Shown: positions 40,347-55,520 of the stretch, one piece after another
Numbering within the stretch: position 1 is the first letter of the stretch
How the letters are laid out: every line of letters begins with the position of its first letter
Assembly (NCBI GenBank): GCA_024704765.1
Contig: JAKMXF010000222.1
Location: 682,001 to 746,000, forward strand
DNA length: 64,000 nucleotides
Origin: Oopsacas minuta
Lineage: Eukaryota; Animalia; Porifera
Reading direction: 5' to 3'
Notes under the pieces: generated by a model
What the model saw: the letters and a program-made list of their open reading frames with translations, nothing else
What the model was told of the DNA's origin: nothing
Databases searched by the model: none
Translations under genes and position numbers: made by a program

Positions 40347-41030
40347 CATCATATTTACTTTATAGGGGTGAATTTTTGTCCAAGACTCAAACTGTCCGAG
40401 GCAGGCCCAAAATACCCCATCTCTATTATTATGAAATTCTCAAACATTTAGAAATTGAGCATGTTATTTGAAAAGTCACGATGACGTAATAATTCCATGG
40501 TGAGTTGGTATTTGTGAAAATCTTGACCCCACGACATTTGGCTTATAAGGGGGTAGTTGTGATTCAAATTTCAACTATCTAGCTTAGATATTGGCGGAGC
40601 AGAGGCAAATAATTTGATTTTCGAAGATCCAACTGTTGACAATTTCTTCATTATTTGGTAATCGGCTTGAATTTTTGTCCAAAATTTGAACGTCTCCGAG
40701 CCAAGCCCAATATACCATCGTTGCGAAAAATCAGCCCTGGTGGTGTTCCAGTTATTTCATTACTTGCCAAGATTTAGTAGACTTGAAACAATCCATGATA
40801 CGGGAAAGTATGGTCAGTGAATAAGCTACAGCTACGTAGGTTGTGTATCTCTTGTATATCTTTCGTTAATACAAGTTTCAAATACATAGATATTTGCTCA
40901 CATGGTCATCCATTTATCCAAAGACGGAGTATTTTGTGTTTTTTGCAAGAACACTCATATGTCCATGGCAAAATTGGCCTGACCTTTTGCTTTGCCCCTG
41001 TTTATACAGATTAATTGCGTTTTATTATTA

Positions 41031-41390
41031 TCGATATAAATATGCATAGTTAGTATATGTTTGTATGTCCAGAATTGTTGAAGAAACTGGAAGACTCCAG
41101 ATGCTGATTTTGGCACGAAGTTCACAGATTTCTAACCATAAGCCACATGTTAGCTCCATGTTACGACAAAAAGGCCATTAAATGTAATTTGTATGGACCA
41201 TGGATAATATTAAATTAAATTTTTCACTATTTTTTTCAATTCGATATCTCGAATTGAAAAAATAGAAAATGCAGAGCATATCTTGGTTGCGGGGCGACCA
41301 CAAGCACTAAGAAATATAAATGTTTCATACTTGAGCAGAATTAGAAGCACATAGTCGTCGCGCAGCTACCAAGCTAGCGAAGCACGTCAG
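41031..41390 (+). mobile_element. Short family A Helitron-like copy
   Basis: A|TC start, shared gtatgtccagaa...gaaactgg 5' block, 3' gtcgcgcagctaccaagctagcgaagcacgtcag|T. Confidence 0.6.
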
Positions 41391-44300
41391 TCCTGTAAAA
41401 AACAATTTTACCGAAAAATTATCTGTTTTAATCAGGAAACTAGTCAAACTAAGATTTTCAATTGAATACTCATTATATGCAGATCAAAAGACAAATAATA
41501 CAATTTAGAGACTTATTTTCAGCCTTTTACATAGTAGTAATCTTTCTATAACATTATTAACATTTTGGGGCCAAGTGCGTGCAATCTGGAGTGCGGTTAT
41601 TTTAGGAAAAAGTTCTGATGTCCCAGCGAATCAGTATTACATGCACTTGACTGTAGAATCTGTTTGCAAGACGAATTGGCCACATCTATAAGGGTTGCCA
41701 AGTTATAGGTAAAGATTGACCAAAACATGCTATCCTTGGCCACTACAAAATTCTAGAATCTGCAAACTTTGCCATGACAGAATTGTTAAATTTTGTATGA
41801 TCACATCCTAAGAATTGTGTAATTTTCGAAGCTGTTTCAATACAAGAGTTATTTCTTTGCATTGCTATAAAATGGGAACATTTTTCAACAAAAATGCTTC
41901 GTAATCAGATGACGTCATTTCGATCCTGAAATGGCTTGTTGGTATTGTGCATTGTTAAGAATCAATTATACATATATTCGGGGAAAATATACCACTTTTA
42001 TATTATTGAAACAAATATAGATTTATCTATGAAATACTTATATAAAATACGTATTATATCCCTAGTACAATAATTATTTATTATATCCATTGCCTTATAT
42101 ATATAGAAGCTGTTTGCCTAATTAGTATGTCACATTAAATTTTTCTACGAATATTGAATATACAACAAATAAATCGCCAAATTTGCAGTGATGTTTTGGA
42201 GGGAGAGGGTTCAGGAAAGGGAACCCTTACTCATTTAAATGGGCCCGTTTTCAACTAAGTTTCCTATTAAAGCGTAAATTTACCAAGAAGCGCCCTTTTC
42301 TTTGTATTTTTAGCAAAACACAACTGTACACATTAGAATAATTGAATATATAGCTCCAGGAAAGTGAATTGCATGAATTCGAAATGCGAATGTATATTTC
42401 AAATTCTCATTAATTATTTAATAGATAATAATTGCTGCTCAAGTATCTTTCAACTGGCTAATAGAGATGTTCCGACACATACTTAATAACTTAAAAGTCA
42501 TGATTAAATATACCTAATGATATTATTGACAGTGAGATCTAATCAATATACACTAAAAATAAATTTTAGTATTTGACTAAGAAATATGGTACAATGTGTA
42601 ACCATGCAATTATATTGTATCAAACAACTAACCATTTGGTTGAAATAAATTGTTACTTGACTGTCCTTTTGTAAAATCAAATGTTTCAAAAGATATCTTT
42701 TCCCATGCCATCATACCTTTTTCAATTTTCTCATTTGTAGATGCTTTCTAAGGATCAATCTATCGTAATCAAACAACAAAGTGATAAGAATATAAAGGAA
42801 TAACCTACTATATAATCCTCTTTCAGATCTCCAATATAATCAGGGTGTCCGAGAATTGCTACATTGAATTCACTCTCAAATGTAAGACTAAATAATTTAT
42901 CGTCTGTAATACGCACTTCATCCAAACTAGAAAGAAATTGTGAAAAATACATCAAATGTGGGTATAATAAATTTCTTCTGGAACATAAAGTGATCCCTTT
43001 ATTCTATATAACTTCAGTCAGGGTTATCTAAATATCATCTACTCAGCGCCAAATTCAGACAATTGATTGGAATCATATGTTAATATCCTTATTATATCGA
43101 CATTAGTTAGCTTTAGACATATAAAATGCATCAATTTTCTTCAAGCCAGATGTATATCCTGCATAATTGTAGAAATAGATATCATCAGTCCAGAAAAGCA
43201 ATTTTTGTGTAAGACATTTTGATATGGTATCTCTAAAGATTATTGCTCAATCTTTCAATGACCATTTATTGGGATTTACAGGATTACGTTACATTGTTGC
43301 GATTGGTACGAGATATCCTATCGACATAAATTACAAATATATTGAAAGTTAGGTGTATACTGTATTGGCTATCCAGATTTACCAATAATTGTAACGATTA
43401 TCGAGTTATAAGTGAATATTGACTAGATATGTGTTATCCATGGTCTCTGCTGGAACTCAGAAATGTGCCAATTATATCATTACAAATTTTTGTATTCGGT
43501 GCAGAAACGGTTTTAGATCATTTAGTATTCAACTTTCATCAAAGATCAAAATCTATCGCTCTACATAGCATCTAAGATAATTCAATTTAGAGTGAGTAAT
43601 TTCGCTAAATTAGTGCTTATTAATTAAATAATATGGCAATTTACGATAAAATTGCTTTCTGGACTGATGATATGTATTTCTACATTATCCAGGATATTCA
43701 TTCGCCTTGAAGTAAATTAATGTATTTCATATGTCTGAAGCTTATTGATATGAACTAAAAGGATATTAACATAAATGGAAGGTATGAAAGCACATAATTT
43801 TCATTCCACAAATAAATTAGGTGAATCCATGTTATCCACATAGTCCTTTAATATAACTTCCCATACGCAAATAATATAGTTCGGGTGTCTAAAGCTAACT
43901 GATATGCATATTTTGACAATATTACCATAATTGATCATTTCTAGATTGCGACCTAACTACAGTAAAACTCGGTTAATACGTACTCGGCTCAAGACTTATT
44001 CTCTGATAAGACCTACTCGTCTCAAATAACCGAAATTTTCTCCTATTTAATCCATAATAAATAATTCGGTTAATATGTACTCGGATAAAACGTACTAAAT
44101 ATTTCTTCGCAATAGAACGAAATGTATTGAATCATACTTGGATAAGACATACTCAATCATTAGTACAGTATGTAGGAATAATTCTCTATTGATAATATTC
44201 CAACTTGGTTGGGCCAAGTAAGAATACCTACTCCGCGTTTGCCATGTAGAAATATTCTTACTTGGCGCAAATCTTACTTGGATCAGAACAATATCTCTAG

Positions 44301-46091
44301 ATCCATTATATCACTATATCAACTATCATTCCTGTATATAAGTCCGAACCGAGCCGCAAACTGTCCGTTTACGTACCGGAGGTCCGGTAAGTATCAGGAC
44401 GGTTCGGTAGGTATAGGGACCCAAAGCGTTGAAGCCAAATGATTCTAAGGCGGCCTGGCAGAATTTTTGGAGGGGCAAAGCTTGTCAAAATATATTCAGT
44501 TTTCAATTGATCCGTAATATATTTAGTATTTTCAGAATTATTGGAGGGGCCTCCGCCGAATTTTTGTGGGCCAGACTCTCCAAGCCCCAAACACTTCGCC
44601 AATGAACGGATGTCACGTTTAGAACGGGCTGAAGGTCGGGGGATCCGGTTCCGGACGGAACATAGTATTCATGCAAGGCGGAACAGTACGTCCTTCTGCC
44701 TAACCGTACATCTGGTTACGCAGAGGACATCTTGTTACATTACGGGACGTCAGGTTAGGCATATGAAATCCGGTTACGTTAGGGTCATTTCAAACCAGCT
44801 TTAGCAGTAATCCATCAAAACACTTCCTTAATGAATTAAGTAATTGACTCAGAATATTTAATGACCAGCGCGATTCGCTTGTAGGTAGGTGCGGAAACAG
44901 CTTAGTGCTCCAGGTTAGCTTAACTATTAAGCAACTTAATTTTATAGCGTTATTGGTCGCTATGCAACAGAATATACTCGGCACTACGTGCCTCGAATTC
45001 ATAGAATAGTTAAAATATATAGATGTTATCCCCCATGGTCCATCTAAATTTCATTCAATAGCCTTCTGTGGTGACATTGGATATGCTATGCCTTTTTAGG
45101 TTAGTAAATCTCGGCACTTCGTGCCTTGGGTATTAAGAAATTCGGAAATTTTTTTACAGTCATGATTACATAATAATCCCATGATGAGCTAACTTTTGGT
45201 CAGAATCATGATCTCAGGACATTTATCACATTGAGGAGTACCTGTGTTTCAAATTTCAAACTTCTATCATGTATATTGGCTGAGCAGTGGTTAATAGGTG
45301 ATTTTGACAATTCTAAGGCTGACAATGACGTCATAATTCCGTCATAGGTGTGAATTTTCGTCCCAAGAACTTTTGCGAACCAGGCCCAAAATATCCCTGT
45401 ATGCGCAAAATTAGCCCTGGGTCCTCCAGTTTCTTTAATCACTTCTGGACATACATAATATATTTACGAGCAACAAATTGACGAAATGCTAAAAGGTTAA
45501 AACAGTTAGAAATGTAGTAGAACTCGGTTAGTACGTACTCAGCATTTTCGGATATTACGTATGTTCCTTTACAGATTTGTTAAACTTGTCTCCAAATCAT
45601 AAAAGAAAATAACACTTTCAAAATGTGCCAATTTCGTTAGCATTGTTTGGAGAAAATTGCTCAATATATAATTACATGTTGAACGTTAAATATCCTGGGA
45701 TAGGCTATAACAGCAAACGAAAAAAGTGGTTGTTAACAGTTATCACTAAATTTAGTTTCTATTTGTCAATCTCATGGTCATAGGAGACAATCGGATTGCT
45801 CAGGTTTCAAACATACCAAGCTTCCTAAAACATGTACATGTATAATTGTAGATTGAAGTATCAAATTAACATTTTTAACTCAATCATTTTAGTTTAGTTT
45901 CTAATCTACAACTATATAGACTTGATGACAATTTCAAAGACGTTATTCGCCGTCGGCAAGGTATTTGATGCTGAAACTTGTTGTGCCATTTCGCGTCGTT
46001 AACTCTCAATGGTTTACAATGTAAATTTAGAAAATACAATCAAAAAATATAATAGTTTAGACCCCCAAAGTTATTTTATTATATCTATAAG

Positions 46092-46386
46092 TAGGATTGC
46101 CGTGGTTATAGGAATCCTTACAGTTTATAGGAATGGGAATCATATTCCTGCTATGGGAATTACGTATGGAAAACCAATGACAAACATTATGTATTCTCCG
46201 TACTAAGTTATGTGCATTCTCTTGAGATGAGTATATTCCTTTTGTCAGAGTTGCCACCGGAATGGGGATTATCTTCTTTCTATGGGAATTCCTATATGGA
46301 AAAATCTCCGAAAACCCATGGGAATTCCGACAGAAATCCTGTTGGAATGGGATGAGAATTGAAAATCCGTACCTACGGCAACCTTG
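46092..46386. mobile_element. hAT-like MITE with gggaat subterminal repeats
   Basis: Imperfect TIR ggattgccgtggtta / tacctacggcaacct; weak TSD; related fragment at 62.75-62.85 kb. Confidence 0.55.
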
Positions 46387-49300
46387 AATATATGCTATGG
46401 CTTCAAAATATCCCAAATAAGGAATTGAATTAATATTTTCATATCATCAATAATAGCGTGAGGTGAAGGATGAAGTAGACCAAAGCGGCATATAATGACT
46501 AGATAATTGTTATCACAAAATTAATGGAGAGCGCTCATTTTTGGTTGGTGTGGGGCCTCTGCCGCCTATACACGTATTAAGCCCTATGTATCGATTCTTC
46601 ATTTTAACGCAGCTAGATATTCAAAGCGCTTCATTCAGGGGGAAACCGCGTTAATTGACACTCTTTTGCGGTTTGAGGGAAACACTGCACTGCTTGTTAT
46701 TATTTAAGTTGTAACTGATATAGAAGTTAGTGACCAAATGATTTGTTTTGAAAGTGTTGAAAATGGAGTATTTACACCAGTGTTTCTCAAAGTGGGCCGT
46801 AGAGCTCCTCGGTTGGCGCTGTAAGGTTGTTGGGGGGCGCTAGGGCTTTAGAAGCTAAACAATGATACACATTCTCACGTTAAAACAGATTTGTGAAAAT
46901 TTTACAACAAACAAAATGGAATATTTCACTCCATTTCATCCCAAATTGCTAGATATTAATTGGAATTGATAGTATGTATGCAATTGTAAATAATTAATTG
47001 TAAATGTTATTGCATAATTCTCTGTCTAACCATCCAATGATCCACCAGCCATCTTCGATTAGTTTCAAACTTTGCCCACCGCTAGTCCGCTGCCCTAGTT
47101 AACAATATCCTGAAGGTTACTATATATTCTATCTGATAGTTTGCAAGAAAATCAATTTTAAATTTCCGAAAATTTCTCAAAAAATTCCAAAATATGGCAT
47201 TTTCGAAGTTAGGCCGCTATCACAAAGTTTTAATATCTTTGGTTTAAAAGCTTAAATCGACTTGAGTTGAGTATTAGGTGGATTAAACATCATAGAACAT
47301 GATAGATTCATTTCAGACTGATTTGGCACAACTTCCTAAGAAATTTTCAGGTTGAAATTGGTACAGGTTCACTTTCATGAAATGGAGAAAACGCCGTAAG
47401 AATTGTGAAGTGATAGTTGTAAATTATCAGTATTCTTCCTCAAGAGGATATCTCAATATGATAAACAATTGTTTGTTCCCATCACTTCCTCTGAGTTATA
47501 TATATTGACGTAACATTGACCCTCTATATTTGGTGACGTAATCTTAATTATTGTGATTCCTCAGATTATATTTTTAATGGACTAAGACGCTTAGAATTTG
47601 TCTCTCAAAGGAATTATCAAATTGTGTTGATAATTATCATATACTTCTTAATTGCAATGATTGTTGCCTCTCCATTCGGGCTATTGCCCGATAAATGTAT
47701 TACAGCTATAAATAATATTTAACTATTCACACAATCCATATTTACTGTGCCTGACTTAAGAATGTGGACTTATGGGGGCCATTTTTGAGCGCAATTGTGG
47801 GGCCCTAACCCACTGGCGGGTCTATAGCGTGGTGTTTGGGGGCTGGGCGCGTAGCGGCGGTGTTCCCCTACCTCTGTTCCTGGTGGCCGTTTTTACCGAG
47901 GTTTCTAAGAAAAGGGTTCAACTTGAATAGGGGAGCCCCTACTTCGATTTGGCAAACCACCACTTGTCTATAGACAAATTATAATTTGATATCGTACACA
48001 ATCGAAGCCTTATGTAGCCGTCAAAGTCACCCACCTGTCCTCAAGCTAGAATTTACAACGTTTATGTATCTTATATTCAAGTTGGCAATAGATATACAAA
48101 ATCCTCACTATAATTCAGGCTACATAATTATTTTATATTGGAAAATATTATATATAGAAAACTATTAGTAGTGCTTATCACTATCATATTAATAATTAAT
48201 CAATATTAGCACCATACACAACTTTCAGTATATATGGCGATCCTTGTGGCGAATTCATCTTTTAGCACCCCAATAATTATATTACACACTGAAAATTATT
48301 TGTAATATACTTACTATACATATAAATGATCGACCTCAATTGAATATATTGGATTCAGAATATAGCTTCCAAAATAGTGTTAAATCACCAACCAACTTGG
48401 TGATAACGCGAGTCTAGGTTACTATACATCGTTTTGGTGAAAAATGGTCCCCTTAAAAATACTTACTAACCATGATTTCTACTTTTCTCACTTTTTTGTT
48501 GTAATATAATTATATCTAGAAAGTACAGCCAGGAATTCAATATTCATTAATATATTTAAAGACAGCGCAGGAATGTGATACATTCCATTCTCAAATGTGG
48601 TCGGAATATGGTCAAGTGATTTTTCAAATTGCTGGAAATTCAATACTGATTTATAAGAACATCACAATAAAAATGATTGGCTAGGCTTAATTTGAGAAAT
48701 CAGACAGATTATTGAATTACCCAGATTGTTCGGATAGACAGAACCTGGGGGCGATTTCCGGAAATAGGCAAGACCCAGAGTGGGTTTCACTTCCCACCGA
48801 ATTAGACCTAAAAATTTACCACTTCTTTTTAACCAATTCCCGCACACCAAAAAGAAGATTTTAGTACCTTATTGACGTTATAAAATCATACATTTACACG
48901 GCAGTATTCTGTTAAGGAATATATCACTAATATGGTATGGAAATCAATTTGACACGCGTAGACTATGCATTTGTTTAACATTTGCTGGACCATAAACGGC
49001 ACTTTCTCCAAAACATTTTCAAATGCCCAAGGTTAATTTAAGGAGGGGGCATTTTGGCCAAATTAAGATCCCAGTATATGCTGAATATAAATCATAATTA
49101 AATTTGTGTGAGACAAAAGTTTATGTCTAATTTTTGGGATCTCCGGCTAAGCCCTCAGCACCATGGTGGCACCAGTAGTCGCGTAAGCCTTGACGAGCAG
49201 ATATACCTATCCATGTTCACCAAAAGTACATTTTCGTCATATGAAGGAATATTTTTGATTTAGTAGGCGGAAATTTTCAAAAAATACCTGACCTTGCTCT

Positions 49301-50119
49301 AGGGGGGCAGATTTATTCGCCAAAGATTTATGAGAATACCAATAGAATTAACAGGGCTTTCTAATTAACCTAAGTACGAACCTGTAACTTCAAAACGGAC
49401 CGAGTCATGACTGTTAAATTTGGTTATTTGCCACCATACAGGGGTTTATAGGAGAATTTTTCAGGAGGACTAATCAGTGTTTCATGAATTAGAGGGAGGC
49501 ATAGTTCGGAGCTAAAGTGTATAACATGACCATAGCTCAGGGGGGACGAAACCATTTTTAGGGGGGCCATTTTACCCCCTCAAATCATCTAGAAAAACCC
49601 TGCTATATGTGAACAAATATTTTGGGAAATAAATATGCGGACATAGAGTGAGGCCAGATACTTGTTGAACGTTTCCACACATAAATATTCCCTCGAAATA
49701 GACCTAAAATGAATAAAACGGAATTTTGCCGGATTATAGAGATGCGTGTTGAAATTCGGTATTTTTGCTTTGGTGCTTAATGCAATTTTTAGGCATAGAA
49801 TATTTGCTAACGAAAATAATTATCTAGCCTTGCAATGAATCCCATACAGCGGGTTAATTGCGATATTTAACGCGCTTACCATGTTAAACGAGGCGCTTTA
49901 AATATCTACCTGTGTTTAAATGTGGAATCGATACATAGGGGTTAATACATGCATATGTGATAAAGGCGGCGCTTTATTATGAGCGCTTTACAAATATTCT
50001 ATGGGAATACTGTAGCCTTGATAAAGGACTGCACTACCCGAGCTATCCCCTAGGTTCCCTAGTAGCAGTACCAGCTCTAACCTGACTTATACCTATTTAT
50101 TAGGGCGAATGATAATATA

Positions 50120-51387
50120 CTAGGGGCACTAGGAAAGTTTCGTCGTTATAGAAATATTTTTATCACTATCAACTTAAAATTTTCCCACAAGTTTTAAACA
50201 CTGAATTTATCATAATAAAATAATTTTCATACGAAAATTCGAAAAATTCATACAATTACGTATATTTTTGCACACCAGTTTTGCATACTTTAATATCTCT
50301 ATGGAAACGTTAGGCAAGAGCGAATTACGGGTGATATCGACAAAAGAATGTCTTCATGAAATGCAGAAGGGATTTGGTGATGATGTAGTCTCATTACGAA
50401 CTATACAAAGGTGGTATCGTGAATTCAAGATGGGTAAAGCATCATTTGAGGATGAACCTCTTTCTGGAAGACCAAACAAAGAAGTTATATCAGAGATGGT
50501 TGGGGCTGTGGATAGTGAAGTGTTTGCGAACCCACATAACACTTACAAACAGTTAGAAGAAACCCTGAAGATTTCATCGGCAGCTATTAATTCGATACTA
50601 CATGAACACCTATTGGTCAGGAAGCTCAGTTGTTGGTGGGTGCCTCATAAGTTGACGGAACCACTGAAGGCCGAAAGTTGAATTTGTCAATATATGCTCG
50701 ATAAATATAACTCTGACCAAGGAAGGAGGATATATGACACTGTTACACCGGTGATGACACGTGGATATATCACTACCACCCTCTACCAAGGAGAAAGTGA
50801 AATTATGGGTATTCGAAGATGATCCTCAACCTGCCGAAGTGAAAAGACCAAAGTTAGTGTGCAAGAAGATATACGCAATTTTCTTCAATCCTAAGGTATG
50901 ATAAAGGTTGTGAAAAGGGTGCTACGGTTACGGCAAAATGGTACACCAACGTGTTTTTGAAAGCAGTCTTCGATGAGATCAAGCATCGTGGATCAAAACT
51001 GGCTTAGGATGCATTAAATTGCACCATGATAATGCACCAGCACATGAGGCGGCACATACAAAGGATAATATTCAAGCATATGGAGTATCTACTTACTGCA
51101 TCCACCATATACCCTGATTTAGCCCCATATGACTTCTGGCTCATCCCAAAACTGAAGAAAAACTCAAAGGTAGATGCTTTTCTAGCGACGAAGAGTTGGA
51201 GTCGACGGTCTTTGATGCGCTTGAAACTACCCCTTCGAAAAATTGATACCACTCTTTCGAAGATTGGATGTTGCGTATGCAAAGCTGTATAGCTGCTCAT
51301 GGCGAAAATTTTGAGAAAATTAAAGTACTAAATTATTACATTCAATGTTTGTACTATCTAATGACAAAACTTTCCTAGTGCCCCTCA
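50120..51387 (+). mobile_element. mariner element, 1268 bp
   Basis: TA flanks; TIR core aggggcactaggaaagttt / aaactttcctagtgcccct. Confidence 0.92.
50301..51320 (+). pseudogene. mariner DD(34)D-type transposase pseudogene
   Basis: RWYREFKMG..SFEDEPLSGRP, WVPHKL, TGDDTW, LHHDNAPAH, PPY.PDLAPYDF, RMQSCIAAHGENFEK; stops and frameshifts. Confidence 0.93.
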
Positions 51388-54300
51388 TACCTAGTAAATT
51401 ATATAATAATAGCCAGGAATTTGACAGTGTGAAAGTCAATGTTACTAGTACAATAGTAATATGAAAGTGTCTATTTGACGCCGATCGGTTGGTGGCAATA
51501 GCCAATATGTGACTCTTATTGACTACGACTGTTGCTAGATTTCTCGCATTTGTGTCAAGCACACTCTGAGGATTCTGTGTCACCTCAGATTGTGGAATTT
51601 TGGACTTTGAAGCGAGCTATAGTTGTTGAATTGGATGTATTTATCGAATGAGTGAATAATGGTGTTGCCGGTCGGTGATAATAGCCTCATGCTAAAATTA
51701 TTGATTAGAAGAATAATGTATATAATTTATGATGTGAGGTGTGGGGCTCCCTAAATGTGAGAACCCTGTTCGGTCGCACACTCTAACACTCCTTAATCTG
51801 CAACTGCATATCTACAATAATTTTCAGGACAAAATACAGTCGCATGATTGGTTACTCGAGGGGAGTGAATAAACGGGGGACCTACACTCATATGCCCAAT
51901 TTCCATATCATGACCATACATTTTGATATGAAATCGCCAAAGATTTTGCGGAGAAATCTAGAATATAATTTATGGTCATTTCCAAAATTGCTACATATTA
52001 ATCACAGATATCATATCAAATGTATTATCAGGGTATGTGAAGTTGGGTACATACTGTATGTATGTACAATGATATGTCTTTAATGATGAATTATGTCAAG
52101 TCGTTGCTGAATATTGGCAAAAAATATGTCTTCCATGGTCACTACTATAACTTTGGAAATTGATAACTCTATAATGATTTTGAAATTTTGTATGAAAACA
52201 TCCTGAAAGTCCATGGTAAAAATTTTTGTAATCATATGCAATGATTGAATTCTTACGAAGCTTCAAAATAGGGCATTTTTGGTTATATAATTATCTAGAA
52301 AGCAATTTGATGACGTCATTTCGTCTTGGAAATTTTTGGAAATATGGTTTGTGTGCATAGATAAATATAAATAATATATTTAGTCGGCTATAGTGTACAC
52401 TATTCATACAATAGGAAATTATAGGTTTGCCTATATATATATATTCTTTGCAATATATCGCTGTCCCTGGCCCAAAATTTCAATGGACTATCTTTGTCTT
52501 AGTATATAGAATGCTATTGAATTCCCTGAACTGACTTGACCTATCCCTGATGGAAGTCCATCATTCAGTAGCATTGCTTTATAGGATAATATGACTTACT
52601 AACTTGGTTGCGTCGAACATGGGGGTCACTCGATATATTTGTAGTGATAAGTTTTAGAATGAAGTTGTCACATTCCAGGGACATTACTGAATTACTAAAG
52701 AGCAAACCGAAAATAATCGAGTGACCACGAAAAAGACGGGATATCTTTCGTAGTTGCGAATATTGACATTTACAGTAGAAATGGTAGTTCTGAATATTTC
52801 TTTGCACGGAAATAAACTAAAAAATACCCGATAAGTTAGAAAAACCCTCTCTAAGAAAAACCTGTTTCGACTGTAACTTAGTTACGGTTTATAGCGAAGG
52901 AGTTTGTGCATTTTAATACCAAAATGTGTCCAAAATGGCACTTTTAAGTGGCCTGGCTAGATACAAAAATGCCGAAAGTAGACAAAGGACCAGAGTAGGT
53001 AATGAAGTATATTCGTATCCTCAATTGGGAAATCAGAAATTCAAAACAGTTCGACTCGATTTTCCCAAGTAAGAATAGTTCGAATTGAATATTTGGGATC
53101 TCAGAAGAAATTTCTTATGAATTAGGTAGTGTATAATACAAATTATTATCATTATAAAACAGTGGTTGGAGGAAGAGGCTATAAATGTTGACTTCAAAAT
53201 CTTAGTTACAGGACATAAGCATTCGAAAATATAAATGGGGAATGGGGAGATCTGACCTCCCCCAATTATTGAAGTTCTACTTTACGTTCTTTCAGGTTAT
53301 TTCGAATCTGTTTCATGCCCTCTGTTATGCATAAAGCGTGTCAAATTTATGATTTCGAGTCACTTCGTGACTAAACCTCAATCGTGTTTGGCTGATAGAA
53401 ATTAGGTATCAAAACATGTATGTTTTAAGGTAGAATTCAATTGCAATATGAGTTTTAGTGAAATCGATTCCCAGAAGAATAAAGAAACCTTAAAAATTAT
53501 AGAATAATAGGAAATTTCAAGAAAGATTTAACTTCGATTATTTTCCATAGTATATGAAAACAATATTTTCACTACTATTATGTATGAAGAAACTGTTTCG
53601 ATTTTCAGCAAGTCTATTTTGGGAATCTTCCATCAACGATAATACATGTTTGGATACCCAGTTTCCATGAAGCATATATTTCCAAATATGAATGAAATTT
53701 AGGGACGCCCTGTGAGAAATTATGTATTAGGTAAAATGCACTTTGACAGCCAAACAATATGCGTTGTAGAACAAATAAGTAGAAGAGCTTACCAATTATT
53801 TACAATAAGTCATAAGACATAAAAACAAATGCAATTATCTTAGATGAAATCTCAGTACCCAAGCAGCCCCGCATACAGTCCATTATTAGTCAATGGGTGC
53901 GATACAAATCCCAAACATCCACTGATTACGTCACTAAATACTTTGTTTGAAAATAACCTAGATTGCGGTTGAGATGGTCTAGAAGCCAATAAGCCATTTC
54001 GTATTCATACTATGTATAACCCCATTTATGCAACTGGACTATAGGAAGTGGAGTCATTTACATCGTTCTCAGCTACGTTGAATGCATTAGCGCCAAGTTA
54101 TAGGAAACAAAATCAAATCTAGGGGGCATCATAAGAAATTTCTTGGACATCTATCTACATTTCACCAAAATACAGCTCCAGCTCGGAACCTGGAGATCCA
54201 GACTCCCATGTACCTAAATTTGGTGCTTGTGGTCCTACGTGTATACTTATGAAAACTCACGTTGGGGCAAGACACTTGAGAGATTTTGTGATTTGAGAGA

Positions 54301-55167
54301 TTTTGAAGTCTCCTTTTGGAAGATTTAGAGTTGCTAAGAAATTGAAATCGATCTCACTTCTCTTGTCAGGTAAGAAATCAAAGTTATGAAAGCGTGCATC
54401 ATTCTAAAATTGATAAAAAATATAAATTTAAAATTATGTTTTTAGTAGAGTACACTTGGAGAATAGTATGTAAGACAATTGGAGCAAGATTAAGAAAAAT
54501 GTTGATTTCTAGAACACTTCGTTGCTGCATGATGGCCGTGTGCTCTCATTGCCTCGGAGTGATCATAAGAATTTATGACAGGTAAATTTCCCACATTGCT
54601 TTTGGCTACTGCACAACAGAACGTACGCGGCACTACGTCAGTACTCGGTCCCCATTACATATTAAATAGCCGATTTTGAAGACAGGTGGCCCTCAACAAG
54701 TAAACAAAAGGCAAACTCATCATATTATAATTACGTCATCATTACTATAAAACATTCGTGAAACCTTTTGAAATATATAATGTACAGACTATTCAATAAT
54801 ATTCGAAGCAGGAAGTTTCGGGTAAATAATCAAAAGCGGTGGAGTAGTTTATGCGTCACTGGCCACATCAGAACATTGTTAAGTGTACTACCAAAATGTC
54901 AATTGCATAAAACAAATCAGTTCACAGTGTGGCAAAATGGCTATTATGTAGAAATAGGCATTAACATCAAAAATAGTTAAGATATGCATCATAAATAGCT
55001 GGGATTATTATGCTTTTATCATTTATGACTCATTAATAAAAATGGTAGTTCTAACATCTATCGTCATTCATATAGTATTATAAGGAGTGTTTTTCTATCG
55101 TTCACCACCTAATACCGAAAGTTTTTCAGCTATAATTTAGATAGAGCACACAAACTCATACAATAGC

Positions 55168-55520
55168 TAGAGATGCACCGGATACTTCTAGGTATCCGGC
55201 CGGATAATACTACATATAGACAAAATACATGATTTGATGTAATCTACGTATAATAACTCAAATGTCTGGTCCTAGATATCCTGTGCTATAGCAAACCTAT
55301 CGAGACACTAATAATGGAAATCTAATCATCCTTAATTTTCTGAATAGAGAAGATGCTCTCCTTTTTCAGGTAACAATCTGTTGCGCCTTTCTTCAAATAC
55401 AATTCCAGCACTACTAAATAATCTTTCGCTATATACTGAGCCTGGTGGAGTACCCAAATATTTAACAAAAGTATCCGGTATCCGGCCGGATGGGAAATTT
55501 TCATATCGGGCGAATCTCTA
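55168..55520. mobile_element. hAT-type MITE (ccggat repeats)
   Basis: TIR tagagatgcaccggata / tatcgggcgaatctcta; perfect TSD acaatagc. Confidence 0.9.

Noticed and set aside
44338-44790. GC-rich cluster of ccgg/acgg motifs with overlapping ORFs
   Set aside because: Looks like subterminal repeats of nested MITE remnants; termini and TSD could not be defined and the ORFs have no recognisable motifs
47760-47960. GC-rich stretch checked as a tRNA or structured RNA
   Set aside because: No cloverleaf or A/B boxes; begins like the hAT MITE ends seen elsewhere
42809-51691. FF-like candidate exons at 42809-42977 and 51584-51691
   Set aside because: FF3 and FF4 are better explained by exon 61557-61789, leaving little room; kept only as unresolved possibilities
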